Shown here one piece after another: positions 14,818 to 27,800 of a DNA stretch of 64,000 nt (position 1 is its first letter; the number at the start of each line of letters is the position of its first letter). The notes under the pieces were generated by a model that searched no databases, was not told where the DNA came from, and worked only from the letters and a program-made list of their open reading frames with translations. The stretch comes from the human T2T-CHM13v2.0 reference genome, Homo sapiens: assembly GCF_009914755.1 (NCBI RefSeq), contig NC_060932.1, one strand, 5' to 3'. The translations under genes and the position numbers were made by a program.

Positions 14818-14948
14818 TCACAGTATGGTGAGCCTGGGTGCTCTGCCAGAGCAAGACCACAGGGGAAGAACACGGTCACGCTCCTTACAGTATGGTGAGC
14901 CTGTGTGCTGTGCCACAGCAAGACCTCAGGGGAAGTACACAGTCACAG
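14818..14948. repeat. 67-bp tandem duplication
   Basis: cagtatggtgagcctg at 14821 and 14888. Confidence 0.85.
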
Positions 14949-15484
14949 TCACAGGGCTGCCGCAAAGGGTCTTCCGCCCATAGGTCATGAGGGATGAACT
15001 GATGCTTTGGAAATCAGTGGGTCCCACACACCTTTCCTATGAACCAGGAAAATATATCATCAAGCCAATAAACAAATATTCGAAGGCCTCTTTCCCAAAA
15101 TAATTTTCATTGATTTGGTATGATTTAAGGAATTGAAAGCCCATTTCATATAATCTCCTCTTACTCTGGCTAAAGCCCATTAGTTAATAGTCCCTTTAAA
15201 CAGTTTGGGTCATGGAGTGTCAGGGTATAATCTTTAAAATATCTTCTGCCACCAAAGGCATTTTGATTTTTTGTTTTTAGGAAACCTGGAACCGCCATAA
15301 ATCTTGCTGAAATAAGTGCCTCTTTCATTGAATTTTGCAGTGGGCAAGGATTCTGACGTGCACTCTTGGACCCGTCTCTTAAATGAGAAAACACTAGATC
15401 AGGTCATGAGAAATAAGGTTCTGCTATGTAAATGGTCACAAAAAAGAAAACTAGACTCATTATAACCAACAACTGGAGAAGCAT

Positions 15485-15660
15485 CTGAATCTCAGTTCTA
15501 CCATTTTTCTTGTGGGCTGATGTCAGGAAGAGGTTTAAGCCCATTCAGACTTCCACCTTCTCTTCCAAGATATGCAAATGCCAAGACCGCCTACCCCACA
15601 AGGTTGTTCTGAAGCTTAATGAACTGCAAAGTATAACGTGCTCCACAGAGTGCCTGGCAC
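15485..15660 (+). mobile_element. MIR relic
   Basis: gaatctcagttctacca...aaggttgttctgaagcttaatgaa...cagagtgcctggcacat. Confidence 0.55.
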
Positions 15661-16150
15661 ATGTGTGAGTGTGGGGTGTGTGTGTACACACGTGTGAGTG
15701 TGGGCTGTGAGTGTGTGCATACATGTGTGAGTGTGGGGAATGTGTGCCTGTGTGTACACGTGTGAGTGTGGGGTGTGTGCGCGTGTGTACATGTGTGAGT
15801 GTGGGGGATGCATGTCTGTGTGTACACGTAGTGTGGGGTGTGTGTGTGTACACATGTGTGAGTGTGGGGTATGACTGTGTGTGTACATGTGTGAGTGTGG
15901 GGTGTGTGTGTGTGTATACCTGTGTGAGTGTGGGGGATGTGTGCCTGTGTGTACACATAGTGTGGGGTGTGTGTGCGTTTGTACATGTGTGTGGGGGATG
16001 TGTGCCTGTGTGTACACAGTGTGGGGGGTGTGTGTGTGTATGTGTGAGTGTGGGGGATGTGTGCCTGTGTGTACACGTGTGAGTGTGGGGTATGACTGTG
16101 TGTGTGTACACGTGTGAGTGTGGGGTGTGAGTGTGTGTGTACATGCACAT
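15658..16150. repeat. TG-rich minisatellite with G-runs (~30-36-bp degenerate unit)
   Basis: Repeated gtgtgagtgtgggg...tgtgtgtacac units. Confidence 0.95.
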
Positions 16151-17039
16151 GCGCACTCCAAGGTGACTTTTCTTTCTCATACTGAAGAAATGAAGGGGTG
16201 GTGGCAAGTTTGCAGCTGCTGCTGGCATTTTCTTCTCTCCTTTGATGGTGGAGTCGGCCAGTGCTGTTTGGGGACCCGGTGGTGACAGCGCCCTTACTGT
16301 GCACCCGTCTTCGCCAGCTTCTCTGGATGCTTATCTCCGCTTCGTGGGACGCCGGACACCGCAGAGCACCCTCAGACAGAGGGAAGGCAGTTTCTCCAAG
16401 ATCACATGATGACATGCTTTCATGTCTGAAGCAAGAAAGATTGATTTAATAGAACCAGAAAGAAGTGTGTGAGATTTCCCTGTCCACAGATTTTGCAGGA
16501 AAGGACCGAGAAGCCCCCCTTTCCCTTGCGCCCTGAGCGTAATGGTTAACTTCGACTCACAGGGGAGGTTTGGTCTGACAGCTGTGACTTGCCTGTGAGT
16601 CTGTGGATCCTGTAAGTGAAACTCAACTGCAGGGAGTGGTAAAAATCATCTCAAGATATTAAATCACCAGAGGAAAGCAGAGCAAAACAAGCGTTCCAGC
16701 ATCACAGCGCATGTTTTGATTTAGAGGAAGAGAGAACGGCAGAATGGTCATTTGCTGTTTCTGCCAGAAGGTAAATAGTTTGAGGAAAACTCCATGACGC
16801 TTGTAAAGAAAAGAAGAAGTCAGGCCGTATCCCCAGAGCACTAATGTGACCAGTCGGTTCAGCCCCCAGAGGAGCCTGCAGACCGCTGGGGAAATCCAAG
16901 TAAAGTTTGCAGTATCCTTATGCCAGAGAATAGTGGTTTTGTTGATGACAACTGATCCACTGATACCAAACCCTCCTCCACCAGGGCTGCCTTTCTAGAG
17001 CTGAGGCTGTGGGTGCGGGCACAGCAGCATCAGCATTTC

Positions 17040-17218
17040 TGTAGGACAGGCCATGCCCACTGGCCTTCCCGTGGCAGCGTTGGTGCATCTACAGGACAGG
17101 CCGTGTCACCTGGCCCTTCCTGTGGTGGCATCGGTGCGTCTACAACACAGGCCACGTCTACTAGCCCTTCCCGTGGTGGCATGGGTACATCTAGGCACAG
17201 GCTATGTCCGCTGGCCCG
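17040..17218. repeat. Diverged ~50-bp tandem repeat, ~3.5 copies
   Basis: acaggcc...ctggcccttcccgtgg...gcatcta units. Confidence 0.75.
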
Positions 17219-19290
17219 TCCTACTCCTGCTTCCCAGGAGCAGCTCCATCCATCTCAAGGCACGGCCAGGCTCACCCCCAGGAAGCTTCTTTCAACCCCA
17301 GTCTCTCTCTGGGCATCCCTAGTCTCTGATGCTGCACCCTTGGTTCTCAGGACGGCCTTTTCAGTGTGATTATGGAGCACACTGGGGCCAGGCTCTTAGG
17401 CTCTAGATAAATGCTTCCTGAAATCAGCGAATCTTACAATGTTGTATCCACCAGTGAAGCTTGCCAGGCACTTTACGTCGGTGCCCAACGTGGAAGAAAG
17501 CCCAGGGTCTTCAGCCCCCTTATCAATGGTCTCTGGAAAACCCATATGGTAACAGCAACCATATGGACATTCAGTTCGACCTGGACATTCAGTTCAATAT
17601 TGCAGCCTTGCTGATAACGGTGAAAAACAATACTCTTTCACAAAGTTCCAACCACAACTTTTACGAAAGTCAGTCAGTGATAATCCCTGTATCACTGCAG
17701 CACAGCTAATTGCTTCAAACCACGTTTTCGTTTTAGTGGTTTTGAGAACAACCTGGCAGGCATGTGCACACACACTTAGAAAGAGCATCATGTCTTTCTT
17801 TTGTCATCCAGGAAAAATCACTGTGTGTGCCCTGCCAGGTAGAGTGTAGTAAATTCTTCTTTTTGTACGCTGGAGGTGAACTGCTCCTTCTTAATCTGTT
17901 TGTTTTAAAAGTGTGGCATGCAACTACATTTTTACAAAGAAATCAGTTTAAAAAATCATTTCATCAGCCTGTAGCAAACACATTATAAAGTGAGAAGATG
18001 TGGTATGTGACTTTCCTGTGATCATGGAGATAAGTCATAAGCTGCCCCATACATTTTTTTTAATTTACGAGATATTCCATACAAGAAGGAAGGTTTACTT
18101 GTTTTGTGAAATTTTTCAGACTCTTTAAATTTTACTTAAATACACTTAGTGAGGTCTGTGATTTTGAACAGTGGCGACAGACCTTTGAGAGTAACTATGA
18201 AACACATAATGAGCCAAGGTGGGGATGAATTTGCATGCATTTGCTCAAATTTTCTGGGCAGGTCACTAACTGATTACTTCCTCCCTGTTGCATTTGCCTG
18301 TGACATGTTGTGACATGGTTATGACGCTTGATATGTGCCATCGTTCACTGCTTAGGTGAACCTCGCTGGGAAAATCCAACCAATTTGGCGTGTTTAATAT
18401 CACCTTTCTGCTCATCTCAAACTTGCCAAAGAAAAATATAATAAGGCAGATGTCACATTTTAATCTATATTCCCGCGTCTCTCTGTTGCCTTTGATTTTT
18501 TACTACCCCTATTGCTGGGACTCAAAACTTCTTCGGAATCAATATTTCTGCTTAAGAGAAGCAACGCAGAGCCAGCTTTGCCACTGGAGAGGTCATTGAG
18601 AGCCCCCGTCCGCAGTCTCGCTCCAGCGCGCAGCGGACACCGGGCCTGCCTTCGGCCAGAGCCGTAGAATCTGAAGACGTGTCATTGATGATAAAGATTC
18701 TGTTTTCTGTAAATGACCCATGACAAATGGGTTACCATGAAAACAGCCGCCTACTCTCCAGGGCTGTCACGTGGAAACCCCTTTATCGATGAGCCCTCCT
18801 CACATCTCCACCCGCGGGCTCTCTGACCATGTGTCCATGTCGCACTCAACACCCTTGATAAATCAGCGCTGTGAAACACTGCCAGGAAAGGCGTCATCAG
18901 AAGCAAGTGTTTAAACGGACCTCATCCCTGCCAAGGTGAGATGAATGTGCAGTCCCCAACGCGTCCCACCCGGAAAAACGAAATATTTCCTAACCCAGGT
19001 CTCTCCCCGGCACTACTGGCCTTTGGGATGGAGAAGTCTTGGGAACTTTCTGAGTCTCCTAAATAGTGCCTTGAATCTTGTCAGTTTTCAATAATTTTGC
19101 TTAAGGCATTGATTGACGTTAGAGGGAAAAGTCAGGAACAAAAGAAAAAAAGACAGGATTTTGAATGTTTGTCTGGTAAAAGAGAAGCTCAGCACCCGAT
19201 TGATTTCATAACATCTGATCATCCTTCCTCAGTTTTCTAGGCTTCAGATTCTCTTTCCAATGCATGCTTTTTACAAATGTATCCACTTTG

Positions 19291-19624
<334 letters not shown>

Positions 19625-20703
19625 TTATGCCTTAAAGCACAGGTCATCCTGAATGGCAGGCTTGTTTTGTCGTTTGTCCTTGTTAACTCGGGATGACATT
19701 AGAGGTCAGAGTGGATTAGGAAAATCCACTCATGGGTTAAAAATGATTGGAGGAGGTGAGGGATGGGAAGTGTCCTGCAGACACAGAAAGGATGTGTTTC
19801 CACCTGCAGCAGCCGGCAGCTGCTCTCGGGCACCGTGTCTGGACATCCTTGGGGAAAACTGCTGCTCGGTCTGTCCTCACAGACGGCGCTCAGACCCCTC
19901 CAGGAGACGCCCACGTGCGCACTCACCTACGTCACAAGCAGCCTGGCAGTGCCTCCCACTGTGTGTGTGTGGCAGGGGTGGGGTGGTGGTTGCTTTGCAC
20001 TCTGATGAGGGGAGCAGATTCCCTTCAAGAAGCACTTTTATCAGCTCTTCCTGTGCACTAAAGGAAAATAATTGACTGTAACGGACAACCAATTCCTGTT
20101 GAGGGAGAGTGTTAGGGAGTTCATCCTCTCTATAAAAATAAGTTATAGCCTGAGTCCAGGCCAAGGTGCCTCATGCATTTTTGGTAGGTTCTAAGAGTTA
20201 TTTAATACAGTCATCATCTCCGGATGCATTTATTTTGCTTTGGTGGCCTGTCCAGCTGTACAGCCGGTGGTACAGAATGCCCCATGCAACTCGAGTTTGG
20301 GAGGAGACTGGCTGGTGACGGCCACAGGTGAGCGTGGCCTGGCCCAGCTCAGATGCATAGAGCTGGCCCCTTTCCGGTGGTCTTCCTACAACTTAAACCT
20401 ATGGAGCCTGTACTTATAGGGAAGCAAGTAAGTTTCTGCTATTATATATTTTCTCCGTTACAGAAACAGTAGCTATTCGTTATAATGATTTTTAGAAAAA
20501 CACACAAGCCCAAGAGCAGACAGTGCCCATCCTGTCACTCAACAGCCGCGATTAACATCTTCAGGTGCTGGTGACCTCTTCTCACACACAGGTTTCCTGT
20601 ACAAATAGATTCCATCTTGACCTATGCATAGTTTAGCATCCGGCGTGCTTCTGAACCTAGTGTGATAGAATCAGCATTTTCCACGATGACATGACCTGCG
20701 TAG

Positions 20704-21036
20704 AAATGACGCCATGCCTGTGCGCTGTCCTGCGGGGACACACCTTGCCTAGCTGTGTCTCTGCTGCTGGGTTTGCTGGTATTTTTAAATGATGCCATGC
20801 CTGTGCGCTGTCCTGCGGGGACACACCTTGCCTAGGTGTGTCTCCGCTGCTGGATTTGTTGGTATTTTTAAATGACGCCACACCTGCGCACTGTCCTGAG
20901 GGGACGCACGTTGCCTAGCTGTGTCTCTGCTGCTGGATTTGTCGGTATTTTTAAATGATGCCACGCCTGCGTGCTGTCCTGCAGGGACGCACCTTGCTTA
21001 GCTGTGTCTCTGCAGCTGGGTTTGCTGGTATTTTTA
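20704..21036. repeat. 82-83-bp minisatellite, 4 copies
   Basis: aaatga(c/t)gcca recurs at ~20705, 20787, 20870, 20953. Confidence 0.93.
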
Positions 21037-21228
21037 TAATCCTGCACTGTTACAGGTATATTCATGTGTGCTGTCTCACTGTCCCCTCATTTCACGCTAT
21101 TTTTTTAGGCTAGACGTCCAGGAACAGACTTGCTCCGTCAACCACAGGGCATGGGCGTGGGGAAACAGTAGACCACAGGCTGACGGGGAAGAACACGCCT
21201 GTTGACTTGGGACTTTCTTTTCTTACAG

Positions 21229-21578
21229 CTGTCTCATATACAAATTACAAGAAAACGCCCCCACCGGTGCCCCCTCGGACCACCTCCAAGCCTCTGATCT
21301 CGGTGACGGCGCAGAGCAGCACCGAATCCACCCAGGACGCCTACCAGGACAGCCGCGCACAGAGGATGTCCCCGTGGCCCCAGGACAGCCGCGGCCTCTA
21401 CAACTCCACGGACAGCCTGGACAGCAACAAGGCCATGAACCTCGCGCTGGAAACGGCCGCTGCCCAGCGCCACCTGCCAGAGAGCCAGAGCAGCTCTGTG
21501 CGGACCAGCGACAAGGCCATCCTGGTGTCCAAGGCGGAGGAGCTCCTCAAGAGCCGCTGCTCCTCCATCGGGATTCAG
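21229..21578 (+). CDS. DLGAP2: DLGAP2 coding exon (350 nt, phase 1 to 0): VSYTNYKKTPPPVPPR...RCSSIGIQ
   Basis: Acceptor ctttcttttcttacag|, donor CAG|gtagct; peptide matches the SAPAP family (KKTPPPVPPRTT, ISVTAQSSTESTQDAY). Confidence 0.96.
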
Positions 21579-22642
21579 GTAGCTGCTCTTGGCCGCCCGT
21601 CAGGGCCTCGCTCCACTCAGTCCTGCCAATAGCCTAGAATAAGCCAAAACCCAACCAGCGGCCCTGGGTCCTTAGCACTGACTGTAACCCCAGCAGGGCT
21701 GTGGAATCTGAGAGCAGGGCTGTGCGTTCGCCTTGCAGACCTGCCAGCGCAGTGAGTAGGTGGGAGACCCCCGAGGTGATGCGGACCCCAGTGCAGGGCT
21801 GAAGGAAACCCAGGGGTTCCAGCTCCCTGTCCCCTGCCACCCTGAAAATACACTCCGGGCCACTTGTTTTCCAAGGGCCAAAGGCTGCCTAGAGAGTATG
21901 GAGATAACACTGTTTTGATGCTTTAAAGGGGAGGGTTTCTGTTGAAGTCTGATTTTTCAAAAGCTTTTCGGTATTGTGGCCAAAGAATTGAGTGGGGAAA
22001 CCAAAAGGTGCTGGGAATGAAGAGGTAAAAGGAAGGGCATGCTCTCCTCTCTACAGAAATTGGACGTGCTCACAGCAACTTCAGGTGCTGGCAGGCCCCT
22101 CAGCTGGGGTCACAGATGTTGCATCCATGGTTTCAGACCACAGACGGTTGACCCGCCGTCCATCTGGGCCCCCAGATGTCTACCCATGATATAGACGTGG
22201 CAGACGGTTCCTTTCCCCGTGAATGGAGAGCTCTGGCCGGCTCCTGCCCACGCTGCACCTCCCTCTGCAAGTCTGTTTTAGGTGCAGTGTTGTGCACCCA
22301 GGGAGGCCGGGAGATTGTCCTGTGATCTGGGTCAGGTAGCGCATCCCTCCGGGATCTGGCGGACGTGGTTGAGCAGGGCTGGCCGTCAAGCCCTCTGCCA
22401 ACACGGCCCACCTCCTGCTTCCTTTTACCCCTTCATTCAGCCTGCGTTCCTCGGAGCTTTAACAGTCAGATTCTTGATTGCCGCTGGGGCGGCCCAGGGA
22501 GGAGGGTGAGTGGAGCGTGCTGAGAGCCGGGCCCGTGCGGCGCTGGTAGCTAGGCATGCGGGCGGAGAGAGCAGGGGAGCCGCCCGCTGGTCCAGGGCCT
22601 CCGAACCAGGTCTCCACACTGTGGCTTCATTGTTTTGTTTAG

Positions 22643-22684
22643 GATTCTGAATTCCCAGAGCATCAGCCATACCCAAGGTCAGAT
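22643..22684 (+). CDS. DLGAP2: DLGAP2 42-nt symmetric (phase 0-0) exon DSEFPEHQPYPRSD; likely cassette
   Basis: tgttttgtttag|GATTCT...TCAGAT|gtaagt; in frame with both neighbours; peptide matches my recollection of DLGAP2. Confidence 0.88.
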
Positions 22685-23914
22685 GTAAGTACCGAAATGT
22701 GCTCCAAAGCCGCGTCCGCATGACTTTCATTTTCTCTCCCTTTTTTGGATGTTCATGCGACCGCTCTTGTCGCCTCTGTCCTGATTCTATGTGCCAGGCA
22801 CTATGCTGGGTGCTCCCATCTGTCCCCCTTAGATGAGGACAAGGGGCTCACCAGGGTCCCTAACCTGCCTGCAGCCCTGGGCCTCGCTGGGCTCCGGCGC
22901 CGGTAAGCAGGAAAGCTAGGGTGCCATCGCCCGTCTCCGTCTCCGTCTCCAGGGTCACGTCTGCAGTAGAGACTGGAGAGGCCCCCAAATTAGCCAGGTG
23001 ACTTCCCATTGCCAGACACTCCCACCCTCTCTCTTTTCTCCTCAGCCACCTCCCACAGGTGCCCTCCAGGATATCCACCCAGCCACGACTGAGGCAGTGC
23101 CAACTTCTAAGCACGTGCAGTACCGACTTTATCTGAAATGAGTGGGACATAATTTTGGAAACTCATACAGTTAAGTCAGCACGCTCGGCACAGTGCCGCC
23201 GCTTCCTGCCCCGCCCACAGCCAGGACCCCACACCCCTCCGTGGTCAGCCCTCTTCCGCTCCCAGCTCCCACCCCTGGCATGGCAGCCTCTGCTGAGTAC
23301 AGGCTTCTCCTCATCCCCCCAGCTTCCCCTGCAAAGCTCAGCCTGTGCCTTTACCCCTTCCCGGAGGCCTCTCTGGACCCCAGCCCCACACACTGTGTCC
23401 TGTGAGAGGGAACTGCACCCCCAGCCTGTTGCCACCCTGCACCCAGCACTGTGCCTGGCACATAGGGAGTGCTCAGTAAATGTTGGGTAAGCGAGTGGAC
23501 GGATGGGTCGCTGGGTGCGTGCTGGGTGAGGATGGATGCAAAGACAGGAATGTAGGTGGATGACGAAGTCACCTTTCATGGCAGTAAGAAAAAAAAACGC
23601 ACAACATCCTGTGTGTTTTCTGTGCATCCTGTGAGCTGGCGGTCTCACAATTATCCAAAGGAAGTGAATTGAAAAGCTACAGAGAAAATGTAGTTGGAGC
23701 AGCTCCAGTGTCAGGATAAGGAAAACAGCCAAAGAATTGAAGCCACTGCAGGAGTAAAGGGGAGGAAAAGAAGGAATCGAGCAGATGAAAGACGGGTTCC
23801 TTCTTTCAGGGAGGCGTCAGGAGGGGAGCTGCAGACGGCAGCCTTGCCAGGGCAGGAGGTGACAGGCTGGGACAAGAGTGAGCAGGCTGTGGACAGGTGG
23901 CCACGTCCCTGCCA

Positions 23915-24075
23915 GGCACCATTTAATCCTTACAATAACCCTGTGTGCTGGTTGTTAATTGTGCCCAGACTATGGATGGGAAAACTGAGGCTCAGGGAGG
24001 GTCAGTGACTTGCCTAAGGGCTCACGGCCAAGGCCATGAGTGAAGGCAGCGGCCGAGACTGGAGCCTGCACTCCA
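23915..24075 (-). mobile_element. MIR relic
   Basis: atttaatccttacaataaccct...gggaaaactgaggctcagggagggtcagtgacttgcctaagg. Confidence 0.75.
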
Positions 24076-25090
24076 CTCCACCCCTCTCTGCTCTGCTTCT
24101 CAAAGAGGAGAAAATCCCAGAATGATTCCGTGCCCTCAGGAGCCTGCCCTGGTTCTGTTCCTGTTCTGGGACACAGGGCAGGTGTCACGCTGTTCTGCAG
24201 CTCATAGACAAAGCTGGCTAGCCCGTGTTCCACCAGCATTCAATGGGACTGGCTTCCGGGACCTTTGGGCACAGTTTTGTCTGAGTGCAGATAGCAGGAG
24301 AATCTGTGTTCTGCGAATGTCATTCCTACAAATGAACAGCGTCCACGTCACTGAACACATCTTCTGTGGAGCTCACGCCCTCTGTGAGTCACTGGCTCAT
24401 GGAGAGACAGCTCCAGGAGGGTCCTGTCCCGGGGCGGGGGGTCCTGTCCCACAATGCAACTCCCTTGTTCACAGTGCATTGCATGACCTTTTACTATCAG
24501 GGTTTGAATTCAGGATTCTCATTATAATTACTGGGCTACGTCTAACGTGATCCCTAATGAGTGAGGGTCCTCAGCTCACACCTCCTATGGCCCCCGTCCT
24601 CCTTCCCTGCCCAGCTTAGAGCAGAAGCCAGCGGCAAGTCCCCTGTTCCTCAGATGTCTGGCCCCGGCCACCTGAGTCTGGCCCTTACAGCAGGACTCAC
24701 AGACAGGTCTCATCACAGCTCCAGATTTGCAGGCCAGATGCCCGTAGGAGAGAATGGGCTCCAGCCTTGGCACTCATAGGCCAGTCCTAGGATAAGGAGG
24801 AGAGCTTGTGGGCATGGCTGAGCTACCTCGGAGACGTCCTCTGACCCGGTCTGGCCTGACCTCGCTTTTCTTCATTCCAATTGGACCATTTGTGTATTCA
24901 CTTTCGTTTTTATCCTTTGCGGTTTGTCTCTCCTGCTAAGTTTTCCATTCTCTTTTGTGTGCATGTGTGTGTTTGGGGAACTCTGGGAAATGTTTACAGC
25001 TCCCAGATACTGCGGTTAGGAGGGACGGAGGCCTGGTCTAACATTCAGGGTCCTTCTGTCCCTGGTGCCTTGTGAATCCCACCTTTATAA

Positions 25091-25427
<337 letters not shown>

Positions 25428-25558
25428 AAGGAGATCAGTTTCTATTCTGTGATCTCACCAGGTTGTGAGAAGGCAGGGGCAGCCTGGAAAAGACTCTGCG
25501 GCTGTCCATTCTGAATGTCCTGCCTGTGATAAAAGTGTCTGCCTGATTCTCCAGGCAC

Positions 25559-25658
25559 ACAGGCAGCTGCTCTTCCTCATGGCTGCCCCAGAGCTCCAAG
25601 CCTCACAGGCAGCTGCTCTTCCTCATGGCTGCCCCAGAGCTCAAAGCCTCACAGGCAG
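25559..25658. repeat. 46-bp tandem duplication
   Basis: acaggcagctgctcttcctcatggctgccccagagctc(c/a)aagcctc x2. Confidence 0.9.
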
Positions 25659-26014
25659 GGCCGGCCACTCACCTGTAGCTCTGGGAGGCAGAGCACGTCT
25701 CAGAGGGAAATAAACAGGAGTTTGCATCAGATTCAGGGCACCTGCCCTGCTATGTGTGAGGTGTTGAAGGAAGAGCGGAAAATGAGCTTGTTGGGAGAGC
25801 AAAGATTACAGATTGGCACCCTGGCCCAGTATTACTAGTGAGCGGTTCCTGCTGCCAGCCCCGCCCACTTTCATTTTCTCAGCAGCCCTACAGAAGCTGG
25901 GCTCAGAGGAGGCTGGTTGGCTTTGACGCCGCTGCTAGCCTGGGACTGCATGGGAGGTGGGACAGTGATTTTGCTCATTCATCTTTTTTTCTTGCACCCA
26001 TATATTTTTCAAAA

Positions 26015-26165
26015 CTTTAAGAGATGAGGGCTTGCTGTGTTGCCCAGGCTGGAGTGCAGTGGTGCAATCAATCACAGCTCACTCCAGCCTCAAACTCGTG
26101 GGCTCAAGTGATCCTACCCCCTCAGCCTTGCAGAGCACTGGGATTATAGATGTGAGCCAGTGTGC
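26015..26165 (-). mobile_element. Alu monomer / AluJ fragment
   Basis: tgttgcccaggctggagtgcagtggtgcaatc...ggattatagatgtgagcca. Confidence 0.8.
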
Positions 26166-26954
26166 TCCCACTGCAATTCTAGTCAGAATTTCCTTTGGAA
26201 AAGACTCTTGAGTTACCTTTCCATTGTATAAAATAATTTATTTTCTTTGTCCCAGACTTGCTTTTCTGTCTCACATGAAGCCTCTCTATGCCCAGGATTT
26301 CTGAAATTGATAAATACTTAGCTCCTCCTGGCCAAGTATGATTTTACCATGTCCCCTTCAGACTTTACCATCCAGCAATGGAGAACTTCATTTTACTTAG
26401 AAAGATTTCATAAAAGACAGCCAGGGTAAAATCTGCACAGTTCATCATATGCGTGTGCCTTTAATGTAATATACATACCACTATTCACGTGACCGTCCTT
26501 AAAGCTGGGATGAGAGAACAGGGAATTTGCATTTGCTGTGGACGAACCTACTTGAGTCAGGCCTCAGGCTGAGAGTTTTACATCAGTTAACTGAGGCATT
26601 GGGTGTCCCCTCTTTGAAACAAGGAAGCAAAGATTCAACAAAATTTAAAAGAGTTTCCTAAGAGTTGCATGGCCAGCAAGTAGCAGAATCTGACCAGCTC
26701 CAAAAACTGTATTTTTCAAATTCACTATAAAAAATAACAAAAATATATTAGAGGAAATTTGGAGACAGAGGAAGGAAGGAAAACTTCCTTTTACTTTTGT
26801 TATATTTTTCTTTTTCATGGTACACAAACATGCCTGTGACTGCGAGTGTCTCTATGCTTGTGCATGCCCCTGGTCATTGTTGTCCATGGCACCTGTCAAC
26901 CTGTGTTCTTTAAAGTCTGTATTATAAGCATTCTTGAGGTTATCTTTAGAACCA

Positions 26955-27244
26955 TCTTTATTTTTTAGAGACAGGGTCTCTCTCACTTTATTGCCCAGGA
27001 TGTAGTACAGTGGTGCAATCACAGCTAACTGCAGCCTCAGTGTCCTGGGCTCAAGTGATCCTCCTGCCTCAGCCTCCCGAGTAGCTTGTCCCACAGGTGC
27101 TACCACTCAGCTAATTTCTTTTTTTGTAGAGATGGGGTCTTGCCATGTTGCCTAGGCTGGTCTCTAACGCCTAGGCTCAAGTGATCCTCCTGCCACAGCC
27201 TCCCAAAGTGCTGGGATTACAGGCATGAGCCACCATGCCCAGCT
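26955..27244 (-). mobile_element. AluJ, antisense
   Basis: agacagggtctc...ggctcaagtgatcctcctgcc (J-type) in both arms. Confidence 0.9.
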
Positions 27245-27800
27245 CCATTGTTTTCACTGCTGTGTAGTATTCCGTGTCACAAGTAAATCATGACTTACTG
27301 CACATTCCTATCCCACTGTATCACCCTCATTCTCCCCAGGTGCTACTTTATAAATAATGCTGCAATGAACACCTCACACACTGGTCAGAATTTAAGGTCC
27401 TTTGTTTAGGCTGGATTCCTAGAAATAGAATAAGTGAGAGAGACAAATATTCTCCACATTTTTATGATAAAAACGAGTGTTCCTTTTACAAAATATCTTT
27501 AAAAGTATTCATTTATTTCACTCATATCAGATTTGGCAATATCTACCAAAATTATAAAGTGCAAATACCTCTGACCCAGACCTCCCGTCTGGTGAATATA
27601 TTCAGAGAAGTTTTCACACAAGTACAGACATGTATTTATATAGCAGCATCATTTATAATGGCAGAAAACTAGAAATAACCAAATTTCCCCTGCACTGAAG
27701 GCTCATTAAATGCACTAGGCTATACTCATAAAATGGAATCCTTTGCACTTAAAACACGAGGCAGCTCCATATGTACAGACATGGAATTTTAAATGTATTA
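27245..27800. mobile_element. Old L1M(E) 3'-region fragments
   Basis: ctgtgtagtattccgtgt; tttggcaatatctaccaaaatt...agcagcatcatttataatggcagaaaactagaaataacc. Confidence 0.55.

Noticed and set aside
16360-16385. RE1/REST-like agcaccctcagacag
   Set aside because: Wrong half-site spacing and several mismatches to TTCAGCACCnnGGACAG
15545-16415. His/Thr- and Cys/Val-rich ORFs
   Set aside because: Translation of a (TG/CA) minisatellite
21579-21632. ORF extension VAALGRPSGPRSTQSCQ beyond the donor (and similar extensions at other exons)
   Set aside because: Intronic read-through past canonical GT donors; the spliced frame matches the DLGAP2 protein
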